In this document: positions 40,365 through 49,579 of the stretch, piece by piece
Position numbering within the stretch: position 1 is the stretch's first letter
Layout of the letters: each line of letters starts with the position of its first letter
NCBI GenBank assembly: GCA_035935465.1
Contig: DASYXA010000089.1
Coordinates: 9,692-73,691 of the forward strand
Source of the DNA: Candidatus Limnocylindria bacterium
GTDB taxonomy: Bacteria > Chloroflexota > Limnocylindria > P2-11E
DNA: 64,000 nucleotides
Reading direction: 5' to 3'
The notes under the pieces: model-generated
What the model was told of the DNA's origin: nothing
Database searches by the model: none
Seen by the model: only the letters and a program-made list of their open reading frames with translations
Translations under genes and position numbers: made by a program

Positions 40365-40975
40365 GGGCGCGCCGGGGGATGGGCCGCGGGCGGGGCGAGC
40401 AGCGATCGTCCGAGCCACAGGCCCCAGAACGGCTGCAGCAGGAATCCGGTCTCGAGCAGCAGGATGCCGCTGTCGGTGATGTCGTTGATCGACCCGTCGA
40501 TCGTCGGCGTCGGGAGCCCGCCGGCGCCGAACAGCACATTCGCCAAGAACCACAGGCCGCCGATGACCGCGCCGAAGATGAGCGGCGCGCGCGGCAGCCC
40601 GGTCTCCATGAGCGCGATGCCGCCGGCCATGAGCAGCCACACGCCGATCCCGCCGAGCACCGGGTAGTAGGCGACCGTCTCCTGGTCGAACGTGAGCTGG
40701 CCGCTCGCCGTCGCGAGCTCGAGGAAGGCCGCGGCGCCGAACGAGACGAGCCCGAACGCGAACACCGCCGCGCTGACGATGTTCGCGTGCGTCCGCGACG
40801 CGCGGTAGAAGAGGTAGGCGAGCGGGACGAAGCTCGCGGCCCAGAGCACGCCCGAGGCGTTGTTCAGCAGCCCGATGAGGCCGTTCGCCTTCGGGTCGCC
40901 CCCCGACGTGAGGAGCTGCGCGATCGCGGCGAGCGAGTTCGCATACGCCGCGTACGCGGCCCAGCGCAGGCTCAC
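40361..40975 (-). CDS. Hypothetical integral membrane protein
   Basis: C-terminal part of ORF 40361..41977 (VSLRWAAYAAYANSLAAIAQLL... with 5-6 TM helices). GTG at 40973-40975 overlaps the asparaginase TGA as GTGA. Confidence 0.5.
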   Translation of the reverse strand: MSLRWAAYAAYANSLAAIAQLLTSGGDPKANGLIGLLNNASGVLWAASFVPLAYLFYRASRTHANIVSAAVFAFGLVSFGAAAFLELATASGQLTFDQETVAYYPVLGGIGVWLLMAGGIALMETGLPRAPLIFGAVIGGLWFLANVLFGAGGLPTPTIDGSINDITDSGILLLETGFLLQPFWGLWLGRSLLAPPAAHPPARP

Positions 40976-41904
40976 CGCGAGCGGCGGCGGACGATGGTGC
41001 GCGGCCGCAGCGCCGCGCGCGCCATCCCGACGGTCTGGTAGGCGTAGCTCACGCCGCGCTTGGTCGTCGCGGCCGCGTGTTCGCCATTGGCCGCGAGGAC
41101 GACGATGTTCAGCCGGCTGCCGTGGCTGGCCAGGGCGTTCGCGTCGGCGATCGCCGCTTCGGCCACGGCCATGGCGGAGTCGCCGCGCGCGAGCCGGTCC
41201 ACCGCCGTCTTCGTCGTCACGTTGCGCATCGCGAGCTCGCCGAATCCGGTGCACGCCGCGCCGCCATAGCGCGTGTCCGAGTAGTGGCCCGCGCCGATGA
41301 TCGGCGAGTCGCCGATCCGGCCCGGGTACTTGAACCCCCAGCCGCTCGTCGTGACCGCCGACGCGACATTGCCGCGTCCGTCGATCGCGACGAAGTTCAC
41401 GGTCCCGCGCTCCTTCACCATCTCGACCACCACCGGGGCGAGCGCCTGGGCCTTCGCGATGGACGCCGGCGTGTGACCGGCCTCGCGCAGGCGGGCGATC
41501 CACTTCTCGCGCGACCCGGCCGTGAGGAGCTCGCCCTCCTCCGAACCGATCTCCTTCGCGAACCGCGCCGCGCCCGCTCCGACGAGCATCACGTGCGGCA
41601 ACCGCTCCATCACCGCCCGCGCGACCGTGATCGGGTGCAGGAATCCGGTGAGGGCCGCGACCGAGCCGGCCGCGTGGGTCGTGCCGTCGACGATCGACGC
41701 GTCGAGCTCGACGACGCCGAGCACGTTCGGGAGGCCGCCGTACCCGACCGTGTCGTCCGCCGGGTCGGACTCGACGATGCGCGCGCAGGCCTCCACGGCG
41801 TCCAACGCGGTACCGCCCGTCGCGAGGATCCGGACGCCGGTGGCGAGCGCACCACGGCCGTTCCCGCTCGCGACGATCGTCGGGATCACCTTCGTGGCAG
41901 GCAC
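40972..41904 (-). CDS. Isoaspartyl peptidase / L-asparaginase (Ntn-hydrolase, asparaginase_2 family)
   Basis: MPATKVIPTIVASGNGRG...GTVNFVAIDGRGNVASAVTTSG, with the Thr nucleophile context. Confidence 0.8.
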   Translation of the reverse strand: MPATKVIPTIVASGNGRGALATGVRILATGGTALDAVEACARIVESDPADDTVGYGGLPNVLGVVELDASIVDGTTHAAGSVAALTGFLHPITVARAVMERLPHVMLVGAGAARFAKEIGSEEGELLTAGSREKWIARLREAGHTPASIAKAQALAPVVVEMVKERGTVNFVAIDGRGNVASAVTTSGWGFKYPGRIGDSPIIGAGHYSDTRYGGAACTGFGELAMRNVTTKTAVDRLARGDSAMAVAEAAIADANALASHGSRLNIVVLAANGEHAAATTKRGVSYAYQTVGMARAALRPRTIVRRRSR

Positions 41905-41939
41905 GGCCGTACCGTAGGGCTTCGTGGGATGATCGTGGC

Positions 41940-42983
41940 GTGGCGTCGGCCGACGGTCTCCTCGTGATGGCGGACATCTCGGGCTACACGGCGTTCGTCT
42001 CCGGCACGGAGCACGAGCACTCGCGCGAGATCCTCGCCGAGCTCATCGAGAACATCGCGAAGAGCTTCGGCGGCAAGCTGAGCATCGACCAGGTCGAGGG
42101 CGACGCGCTCTGCTGCACGACGGAGCGGACCGGCGTCGAGGTCGCGGACTGGCTGCGCGAGACCTTCGCCACCTTCCATCGCCGCCTACGGGACATGCGG
42201 GCCGCGACGACCTGCCCCTGCCACGCCTGCCGGATGATCGGCAGCCTCGGCCTCAAGTTCATCGTCCACCGCGGGACGTATTCGCGCCAGGTCGTGGCCG
42301 GCGTCACGCAGCTCCACGGCGCGGACGTGAACCTCGTCCACCGCCTGCTGAAGAACACGGTGCCGCTGCGCGAGTACCTCCTTGCCACGGACGCGGCGAT
42401 GCGGGACTGGCCCCCGAGCGCCCGCGCAGGCTACCTCGAGGCCCCGCAGCGCTACGACCTTGGCGACGTCGCCGCGGCGTATCTGGACCTCTCCCCGGTC
42501 CGCGCGGATGCGTTGCGCGAGGACCGCACGGTCGTGACCGACGCGGAGGCCAAGCTCAGAGCGACCCGTCGCTACGCGGCCGCGCCCGAGGACGTGTGGC
42601 ACCTGATGACGGATCCGGTCGCGCGGCGGACGATCATGAACGTGCCGCGGATCGATTTCGAGAAGGGCGCCCGCGGGACGCTCGTCGGAGCCGAGTACCA
42701 CTGCGAGCACGGCGGCGACCGCACCACCGTGTTCCGGGTGGTGAACGCCGAGCGCCCCGCGGAGCTCACGGTCACGGTGGAGTTCCCGTTCGTCGGCCGG
42801 ATCTACCGGACCGATCGGGTCGTGCCCGAGGGCCCGGGCACGCGTGTCGACACCGCCGTCTACTGGGACGAGCCGAAAGGCATCCGGATGAAGGTCGGCA
42901 CGATCGTCGCCGTGCGGATGATGAAGAGGTACTTCGGCGAGTACGACGACCGCATGGACGCGATGCTGAAGAACGCGGGCTAG
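41940..42983 (+). CDS. DUF2652 (nucleotidyl-cyclase-like) domain fused to a C-terminal SRPBCC/START-like domain
   Basis: N-terminal LLVMADISGYTAF. The C-terminal 140 aa are polyketide_cyc2-like. GTG at 41940 or ATG at 41967. Confidence 0.55.
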   Translation: MASADGLLVMADISGYTAFVSGTEHEHSREILAELIENIAKSFGGKLSIDQVEGDALCCTTERTGVEVADWLRETFATFHRRLRDMRAATTCPCHACRMIGSLGLKFIVHRGTYSRQVVAGVTQLHGADVNLVHRLLKNTVPLREYLLATDAAMRDWPPSARAGYLEAPQRYDLGDVAAAYLDLSPVRADALREDRTVVTDAEAKLRATRRYAAAPEDVWHLMTDPVARRTIMNVPRIDFEKGARGTLVGAEYHCEHGGDRTTVFRVVNAERPAELTVTVEFPFVGRIYRTDRVVPEGPGTRVDTAVYWDEPKGIRMKVGTIVAVRMMKRYFGEYDDRMDAMLKNAG

Positions 42984-43606
42984 CCCGACCCCGAGTACCG
43001 GCGGATCGCTCCGAGCTCCGGAGCGGCGCAGACGACGGCCGTCACGCAGAGCGCGTCGCGGAGCGATCGGGCGACGGCGGTCCCCTCGAGCAGGCGGCGC
43101 GCCCGCGCCGCGTAGTAGAGCCGGCGCAGGACGAGCAGCAGCACCCGCAGACCGATGCGCCCCGGCCGGCTCGAGAGGAGCGGCCGCAGGATGCGCGATC
43201 GCCGGCCCGGCCAGAGCTCGCGCCCGTCCGCCCGGGCGCTCGTCCCCCACCACATCGCGCGCGCGAGCCGATCGGCATCGCGATGGTTGTGCTCGTCGCC
43301 CGAGGTCACGTCGCCGCGCGACTCGACGATCGTGATGAGCGGCAGATCGTGCTTGAGGGCGATGTGCGCCGCGAGATGGACGTACAGCGAGATCCGCTCT
43401 GCCGCGCTGACCGACCGATCCACGACGAGCCCCTTCGGCATGCCGCCCGCGAGCGGGCTGACGAGGAGCGCGCGCGTCCCGGGCAGCGAGGCGACCCGCG
43501 TGCGGATGCCGAGGCGCTCCTCGAGCATGCCGCGCAGCCGCTCCTCCTCCGCGCGCACCGTGTTGCTCTCGGCGGGGACGGCGACGGGGGTCACGTCGGC
43601 AGCCAT
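42980..43606 (-). CDS. Hypothetical protein (possible degenerate ImmA/IrrE-like domain)
   Basis: YVHLAAHIALKHD...GDEHNHRDADRLARAMWW. Only a weak resemblance; no confident family. Confidence 0.4.
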   Translation of the reverse strand: MAADVTPVAVPAESNTVRAEEERLRGMLEERLGIRTRVASLPGTRALLVSPLAGGMPKGLVVDRSVSAAERISLYVHLAAHIALKHDLPLITIVESRGDVTSGDEHNHRDADRLARAMWWGTSARADGRELWPGRRSRILRPLLSSRPGRIGLRVLLLVLRRLYYAARARRLLEGTAVARSLRDALCVTAVVCAAPELGAIRRYSGSG

Positions 43607-44043
43607 ACGCGCAGACCCTCCTCGAGGTATTCGCGGAGCGTTCGCAGATCGGTCAGCTTCGGCAGCGTCCTGCGGAGATCGGCGAAGACCAGTGTCGCGA
43701 GCGGCTCGCCGACGAATCCGGCGAGCATCGTGCGGCCCTCGCCGACGACCTCGGCCAGGGTCAGCTCCTCCTCGCAGCCGATGATCATCAGCGCGAAGTA
43801 GAGGCGGACGCAGTCCTCCGGACTGTCGATGGCCCGCGTGACGCGCGTCCGCCCGGTCGCGACCCGCTGGAGCGTCGCGCGATCCAGCGAGACCGACCCT
43901 TCGGTGATCTCGTAGATCCGGTCGACCAGGGAATCGAGCGAGCGGTCGCCACGGAGCGTCCGGATCGCCTTCGAGACGCGCTCGCGGTCCTGCAGCCGCA
44001 TCGCGCGGAACGCTACTCCGCGGATCGTTCGCCGTCGTCTCAC
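43591..44043 (-). CDS. Hypothetical protein (possible HTH domain)
   Basis: SLDSLVDRIYEITEGSVSLDRATLQRVATGRTRV looks HTH-like. 150 aa. Confidence 0.4.
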   Translation of the reverse strand: MRRRRTIRGVAFRAMRLQDRERVSKAIRTLRGDRSLDSLVDRIYEITEGSVSLDRATLQRVATGRTRVTRAIDSPEDCVRLYFALMIIGCEEELTLAEVVGEGRTMLAGFVGEPLATLVFADLRRTLPKLTDLRTLREYLEEGLRVWLPT

Positions 44044-44070
44044 ATGTGGGATGGCCTGCGGATCGCGTCG

Positions 44071-45966
44071 CTAGCCGGCGAGCATCCGGCGCGCGTTCCG
44101 GCGGGCGAGCGCCATCACGGTCAGCATCGGGTTCACCCCGGACGCGTTCGGGAACGCGCTCGCGTCGGCGACGATCAGCCCGCGGACGCCGCGGACCGCG
44201 CCGTCGGGATCGGCCACGCTGTCACGCGCGGCGCCCATGCCGGCGGTACCCATCTGATGCGCGCTGAACATGCCGACGTCGTTCGGCGCGACGCCGCGGC
44301 GCGCGACCGCGTCCGCGAACGCGTCGAGGTCACCGCCCGGCTCGAGCAGCAGCGGCCGGGTGTGGAGCGTGCGCACCTCGCGCGCGCCCGCGGCGAGGTG
44401 CACGTTCGCGGTCTCGACGATGGCGCGCACGCACATCCGCGCGTCGGGTCCGCTGACGGCGTAGGAGACGAGCGCCGCGCCGTCGCGGTCGACGCGCACG
44501 CGACCGGGCTCGCGGTCGCGGACGATCGGGATGAACGCCGCGTAGTGGTCGATCGCGCGCATCGTCGCACGATGGTCCTCGGCCGAGCGCCACACCGTGC
44601 CCGCGGCCGCGACGCCCGGGAGGACCGGCGGCACCTCGAGGCGGAAGCCGTACGCCCCGTCGAGCCGCGCGAAGGCGTCCGACACGACGCTCTGCGGCAC
44701 CCCATGCCACATCCGGATCGGCTCGGCGTAGCGCGCGAACACCGCGGGCACCGGGTGGAGGAACAGGCGGCGTCCGGCGAGCGGACCGCCGAGGCCGGAG
44801 CGCAGGAGCAGCGCGGGCGTGCCGAGCGCACCGCCGGCGAGCACGACTCGCGCGGCGCGCACGGTGATCCGGCGATCGCCCGCGATCGCGGCCACGCCCG
44901 TGACCGACCCGTTCCGCGTCTCGAGCGTCGTCGCGTCGCAGCCGGTCACGACGCGCGCGCCGCGCGCGACGGCGTCGGTCAGGAAGGTCCGCGCGCTCGA
45001 CCGCTTCGCGCCGGCCCGGCAGCCGTAGCCGCAGTGCCCGCAGTCGCCGCAGCCGCGGGCGTTGCGCGGGATCACCGACCAGGGCACACCGAGCGCGTCG
45101 AGGCCGCGCGCGAGAGCGCTGTTCTGCGCGTTGCGCCGGCTCTCCTGCACATTCACGTCGCTGCGCGCCTCGACCGCTGCGTAGTGCTCGTCCAGCTCCG
45201 CGCCCATGCCGTCGGCGCCAAGCGATTCCCATTCGGCGCGGATGTCCGCGGGCAGGCGGAGCGAGGTCATCCAGTTCACCGCGGTCCCGCCGCCGAGCGC
45301 CCGACCGGCGAAGAGGACGACGCCGAGATCCTCGGTCGCAGCGAGGCCGCGGTCCCAGAACAGGCGCGCACTCCCTTCGGCCTCCCGCGGCACCAGGTCC
45401 GGCTCGCTCCACGTCGGCCCGCGCTCGAGCACGATCACCGACCGCCCCGCGGCCGCGGCCTCGGCAGCCGCAACGGCGCCGCCGGCCCCCGAGCCGACGA
45501 CACAGACGTCGCACTCGAGCGTGTCGCCGTCGCGCACCGCGAGTCCCGCGATCGCGAGCGGTCGGCCCGGGAGCGGCAGGGGATCGGGGCGGACGTAGCC
45601 GGTCTCGGGGAGGAGCGCGGCCGCGCCGGCCTCGGGCCGCGAGTAGGCGATGAACAGCGACAGCCGCTTCACCGCGTGGAACCCGCTGCGCAGGAGCGGG
45701 ATCCGCGAGTCGGCCCAGCGGCGGAGGTAGGCCTCGCGCTCCGCCGGGCGCAGATCGCCGAACCGGATCGGTCGCCGCACCAGCGCGAGGTTCGCAAGGC
45801 GCGAGTCGATCAGCCGCAGGAACAGCCGGAGGTCCGCGAGCAGCTTCGGCCGTCCGATGGCGGCGAGCTCCGCGACGATCGCGTCCGCGATCGCGCCCGG
45901 CTGGCCTTCCGGGACGAACGTGCCGCAGACGGTCACCAGGGTCGCGCGCTCGCGGCCGCCGATCAC
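44071..45966 (-). CDS. GMC-family FAD oxidoreductase with an N-terminal gluconate-2-dehydrogenase-subunit-3-like extension
   Basis: DVCVVGSGAGGAVAAAE (FAD GxGxxG) ... C-terminal GMC signature HQMGTAGMG...GLIVADASAFP. Confidence 0.75.
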   Translation of the reverse strand: MIGGRERATLVTVCGTFVPEGQPGAIADAIVAELAAIGRPKLLADLRLFLRLIDSRLANLALVRRPIRFGDLRPAEREAYLRRWADSRIPLLRSGFHAVKRLSLFIAYSRPEAGAAALLPETGYVRPDPLPLPGRPLAIAGLAVRDGDTLECDVCVVGSGAGGAVAAAEAAAAGRSVIVLERGPTWSEPDLVPREAEGSARLFWDRGLAATEDLGVVLFAGRALGGGTAVNWMTSLRLPADIRAEWESLGADGMGAELDEHYAAVEARSDVNVQESRRNAQNSALARGLDALGVPWSVIPRNARGCGDCGHCGYGCRAGAKRSSARTFLTDAVARGARVVTGCDATTLETRNGSVTGVAAIAGDRRITVRAARVVLAGGALGTPALLLRSGLGGPLAGRRLFLHPVPAVFARYAEPIRMWHGVPQSVVSDAFARLDGAYGFRLEVPPVLPGVAAAGTVWRSAEDHRATMRAIDHYAAFIPIVRDREPGRVRVDRDGAALVSYAVSGPDARMCVRAIVETANVHLAAGAREVRTLHTRPLLLEPGGDLDAFADAVARRGVAPNDVGMFSAHQMGTAGMGAARDSVADPDGAVRGVRGLIVADASAFPNASGVNPMLTVMALARRNARRMLAG

Positions 45967-47690
45967 GGCGCGGACGCGCGCTGCTCCCGGTCATCCTCCG
46001 CGAGCTGGCGCCGAAGGACCTTGCCGATGAGCGTCTTCGGCAGCGCGTCCCGGAACTCGATGGCCCTCGGGACCTTGAACGGAGCGAGCTGCTCGCGGCA
46101 GAACGCGATGAGCTCGTCGGCCGTCGCGGTCCGGCCGGGCTTCAGGACGACGAACGCCTTCACCTCCTCGCCCTTGATCGGGTGCGGGACGCCGATCGCG
46201 GCGCCCTCGAGGACCGCGGGGTGCGTCGCGAGGGTCTCCTCGACCTCGCGCGGATACACGTTGAACCCGGAAACGATGATCAGCTCCTTCTTGCGATCGA
46301 CGATGGCCACGTAGCCGTCGGCGTCGATCGTCGCGATGTCGCCGGTGTGCAGCCACCCATCCTTCAGCGTCTGGGCCGTCTCCTCGGGATTGTTGTAGTA
46401 GCCGTCCATGAGCTGCGGCCCGCGGATGAGCAGCTCCCCTGCCTCGCCGGTCGCGAGGTCCCGCCCACCCGTCTCGAGGTCCACGATCCGGGTCTCCGTG
46501 TCGGGGAACGTGAGGCCGATCGTGCCGACCTTGTTCCTCGCCGTATCGAAGACCGGATTGCAGTGCGTCACCGGCGAGGCCTCGGTGAGGCCGTAGCCCT
46601 CGACGAGATTCGCGCCGGTGAGCTCGCGGAATCTGCGTGCCGTCTCCATGAGCAGCGGCGCGGAGCCCGAGATGCAAGCGGTGATCGAGCGGAGGTCGTA
46701 CTTCTGGGCCAGCGGCGAGTTGTTGATCGCGTTGTAGATGCGCGGCGCGCCGTGGAACAGCTTCGGCTTGTGCCGCTGGATGTCCTTCATGACGTGCTCG
46801 AGGTCGAGCTGCGGCTCGAGGATGATGGCGCCGCCGGAGAGCACGGCGAAGTTCATCACCGTGGTGAGGCCGTAGACGTGGAACAGCGGCATCACGCCCA
46901 TCACCGCATCCTTGCCGTCGCGCATCGCCCTGCCGAACCACGCCGCGCACTGCAGCGTGTTCGCGACGAGCGCGCGGTGCGACAGCATCGCGCCCTTCGA
47001 CGTGCCGGTCGTGCCGCCGGTGTACTGGAGGACCGCGATGTCGTTCGGGCTGACCGGCGCGGCCGAGTCGTCGCCGCCGAGCGAGAGGACCTTCCGGAAC
47101 GCGATCGCCCCCGGATCGCCGTCGAACGGCACGCGGTGCCCGTCCTTCTTCTCCTTCGCGATGGTGAACAGCGTGCGGAGGACCGGCGGCATCTCCTCCT
47201 TGATGTTCGTCACGATGACGTTGCGGATCTTCGTTCCGTCGCGCGCGGCCTTCACGACCGGATACCCCCGCGACAGCACGACGATCGTCTCCGCGCCCGA
47301 GTCCGCGAGCTGGTGGCGAAGCTCGGGCGGCGTGTACAGCGGATTGCAGGGCACGACGACCGCGCCCAGGCGCAGCGCGCCGAAGAACGCGATGAGGAAC
47401 TGCGGGCAGTTCGGGAGGTCGACCGCGACCCTGTCGCCCTGGCGCACCCCGAGCGCGCGCAGGCCGGCGGCGAACCGCTTGGCGTCGTCGAACAGCTCGC
47501 GATAGGACTTCTTCGCGTTGAAGAAGATCGTCGCCGTCGAGTCGGGGTAGACCCGGGCCGACTGGTCGAGCAGCGCGTGCAGCGAGACCGCGGGGTAGTC
47601 GAGCGACGACGGGACGTCCGTGTCGTAGTTCTTCGCGTACTTCGGCGCGAGCGTGCCCGCCCTGGGCGTGACCGCGATCCGCTGTGCCAT
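45963..47690 (-). CDS. fadD: Long-chain fatty-acid–CoA ligase
   Basis: AMP-binding motif LQYTGGTTGTSKGAM, ...GYGLTE, ...GWLHTGD. Confidence 0.85.
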   Translation of the reverse strand: MAQRIAVTPRAGTLAPKYAKNYDTDVPSSLDYPAVSLHALLDQSARVYPDSTATIFFNAKKSYRELFDDAKRFAAGLRALGVRQGDRVAVDLPNCPQFLIAFFGALRLGAVVVPCNPLYTPPELRHQLADSGAETIVVLSRGYPVVKAARDGTKIRNVIVTNIKEEMPPVLRTLFTIAKEKKDGHRVPFDGDPGAIAFRKVLSLGGDDSAAPVSPNDIAVLQYTGGTTGTSKGAMLSHRALVANTLQCAAWFGRAMRDGKDAVMGVMPLFHVYGLTTVMNFAVLSGGAIILEPQLDLEHVMKDIQRHKPKLFHGAPRIYNAINNSPLAQKYDLRSITACISGSAPLLMETARRFRELTGANLVEGYGLTEASPVTHCNPVFDTARNKVGTIGLTFPDTETRIVDLETGGRDLATGEAGELLIRGPQLMDGYYNNPEETAQTLKDGWLHTGDIATIDADGYVAIVDRKKELIIVSGFNVYPREVEETLATHPAVLEGAAIGVPHPIKGEEVKAFVVLKPGRTATADELIAFCREQLAPFKVPRAIEFRDALPKTLIGKVLRRQLAEDDREQRASAP

Positions 47691-47710
47691 CTCCGTCAGA
47701 CCTCCCGCGC

Positions 47711-48859
47711 CTACGCCTTCAGCAGCTCTTCCGCGATGATCATCCGCTGGACCTCGCTGGTCCCTTCATAGATCCGCAGGATCCGGGCATCCCGATAGGC
47801 CCGCTCCACCGGCGACCCCTTCATGTAGCCCATGCCGCCGTGGATCTGGAGCACCCGGTCGACGACCCGCCCGGCCATCTCCGACGCGAACACCTTCACC
47901 ATCGCCGCCTCGTTCGACGCCCGGACGCCGCGGTCGAGCTTGGACGCGGCGTCGTACACCATCAGGCGCGCGGCGTGGATCTCGACGGCGGAGTCGGCGA
48001 GCATCCACTGGATCGCCTGGTTCACGGCGATCGGCTTGCCGAACTGCACGCGTCGCTTGCTGTGGGCGATCGCCAGCTCGAGCAGGTGCTGGCTCGAGCC
48101 GACCGCGCCGGCCGCGAGCGAGACGCGGCCGATGTCCAGCGCGCCGAGCGCGGTCCGGAAGCCGCTGCCGACCGTCCCGCCCAGCACGTTCTCCTCGGGC
48201 ACCTCGCAGTCCTCGAACACGAGCTCGCCGGTGTAGCTTCCGCGCAGGCCCATCTTGTCGTCGACCGCGCCGACCCGGAATCCACTGAAGCCCTTCTCGA
48301 CGATGTACGCGGTGATCCCGCCCCGCGGGCCGAGGCTCCGGTCGTTCGCCGCGTACACCACGACGACGTCGGCGATCGGCCCGTTCGTCACCCAGATCTT
48401 CGTACCGTTGAGGATCCAACGATCCCCCTTCTTCACCGCGGTCGTCTGGATCGACGCCGCGTCGGAGCCGCTCGAGGGCTCCGTCAGGGAGAACGCCGCG
48501 ATCTTCCGGCCCGCCGTCAGGTCGGGGAGGTACTGCCGCTTCTGGGCCTCGGTCCCGCCCAGGTAGATCGACATCGAGCCGATCGAGGTGTGCGCGCCGA
48601 TGAGGTTCGAGAACGCCGCGGACGCGCGGCCGAACTCCTCCAGCGCGACGCAGTAGCCGAGGTCGCCCGCGCCGACGCCCCCGTACTCCTCCGGGAACGG
48701 GAGCCCGAAGAACCCGAGCGTGCCCATCTCCCGGAGGATCGCGTCGGGGATCTGGTCGTCGTCCTCGACCTGCTCCGCGATCGGAACGAGCCGGCCCTCC
48801 ACGAACTCGCGCACCGTGCGCTTGAGCAGGAGGAGCTCCTCGGGGAGGTCGAAGTCCAC
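47711..48859 (-). CDS. Acyl-CoA dehydrogenase
   Basis: 382-aa ACAD fold (GGMGYMKGSPVERAYRDARILRIYEGTSEVQ). Confidence 0.85.
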   Translation of the reverse strand: MDFDLPEELLLLKRTVREFVEGRLVPIAEQVEDDDQIPDAILREMGTLGFFGLPFPEEYGGVGAGDLGYCVALEEFGRASAAFSNLIGAHTSIGSMSIYLGGTEAQKRQYLPDLTAGRKIAAFSLTEPSSGSDAASIQTTAVKKGDRWILNGTKIWVTNGPIADVVVVYAANDRSLGPRGGITAYIVEKGFSGFRVGAVDDKMGLRGSYTGELVFEDCEVPEENVLGGTVGSGFRTALGALDIGRVSLAAGAVGSSQHLLELAIAHSKRRVQFGKPIAVNQAIQWMLADSAVEIHAARLMVYDAASKLDRGVRASNEAAMVKVFASEMAGRVVDRVLQIHGGMGYMKGSPVERAYRDARILRIYEGTSEVQRMIIAEELLKA

Positions 48860-48869
48860 GCGCGGGAGC

Positions 48870-49562
48870 CTAGACCTCGGCGCTGTGGATGGCGGCGATG
48901 CCGAAGGTCACGCGTTCGTAGGTCACTCGGACGAATCCGGCCTCGCCGAGCATCGCGGCGAGGCGGTCGGCGTCGGGGAACCGGCGCAGCGAGCGCGGCA
49001 GGTAGCGGTACGCGTCGCGGTCCCCACCGAGCAGCGCCGCCGCCGCCGGAAGGACGCGCTCGAGATAGAAGGAGTAGAGCCGGCCGAACGCGGGGTTCGG
49101 CGGGTGCGACAGCTCGAGCACGACCGCTCGGCCCCCGGGCCGCAGGACGCGCCTGAACTCGCCGAACGCGCGCGCGAGGTCACCGACGTTGCGGACGGTG
49201 AAGCCGGTGACGATCCGGTCGACGCTGGCGTCGGGGAACGGCAGCCGCTCGGCGCTACCCACGAGCGGGACGATGCGAGACGCCTGCGCCCCGGCGGCGC
49301 GGCGCGCGAGCACCGCGAGCATCCCGGCCGACAGATCGACCGCCGTGACGCGCGCGCCGCGCGCCGCGGCCGCGAACGACAGATCGCCGGTCCCGGCACC
49401 GACATCGAGGACCGTCGCGCCCGGCCGGATGTCCGCGCGCGCGATCGCGCGCCGCCGCCAGCCGACGTCGGTGCCGAACGAGAGCACCCGGTTGAGGACG
49501 TCGTAGCGCGCCGCGATGCGGTCGAACATCGTCGCGATCTCGCGGTCGTGCGCGTCGTTCAT
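48870..49562 (-). CDS. ubiE: Demethylmenaquinone / ubiquinone methyltransferase UbiE/MenG
   Basis: MFDRIAARYDVLNRVLSFGTD...VLDVGAGTGD. Confidence 0.8.
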   Translation of the reverse strand: MNDAHDREIATMFDRIAARYDVLNRVLSFGTDVGWRRRAIARADIRPGATVLDVGAGTGDLSFAAAARGARVTAVDLSAGMLAVLARRAAGAQASRIVPLVGSAERLPFPDASVDRIVTGFTVRNVGDLARAFGEFRRVLRPGGRAVVLELSHPPNPAFGRLYSFYLERVLPAAAALLGGDRDAYRYLPRSLRRFPDADRLAAMLGEAGFVRVTYERVTFGIAAIHSAEV

Positions 49563-49579
49563 CAGCCGCGAACGCTAAC

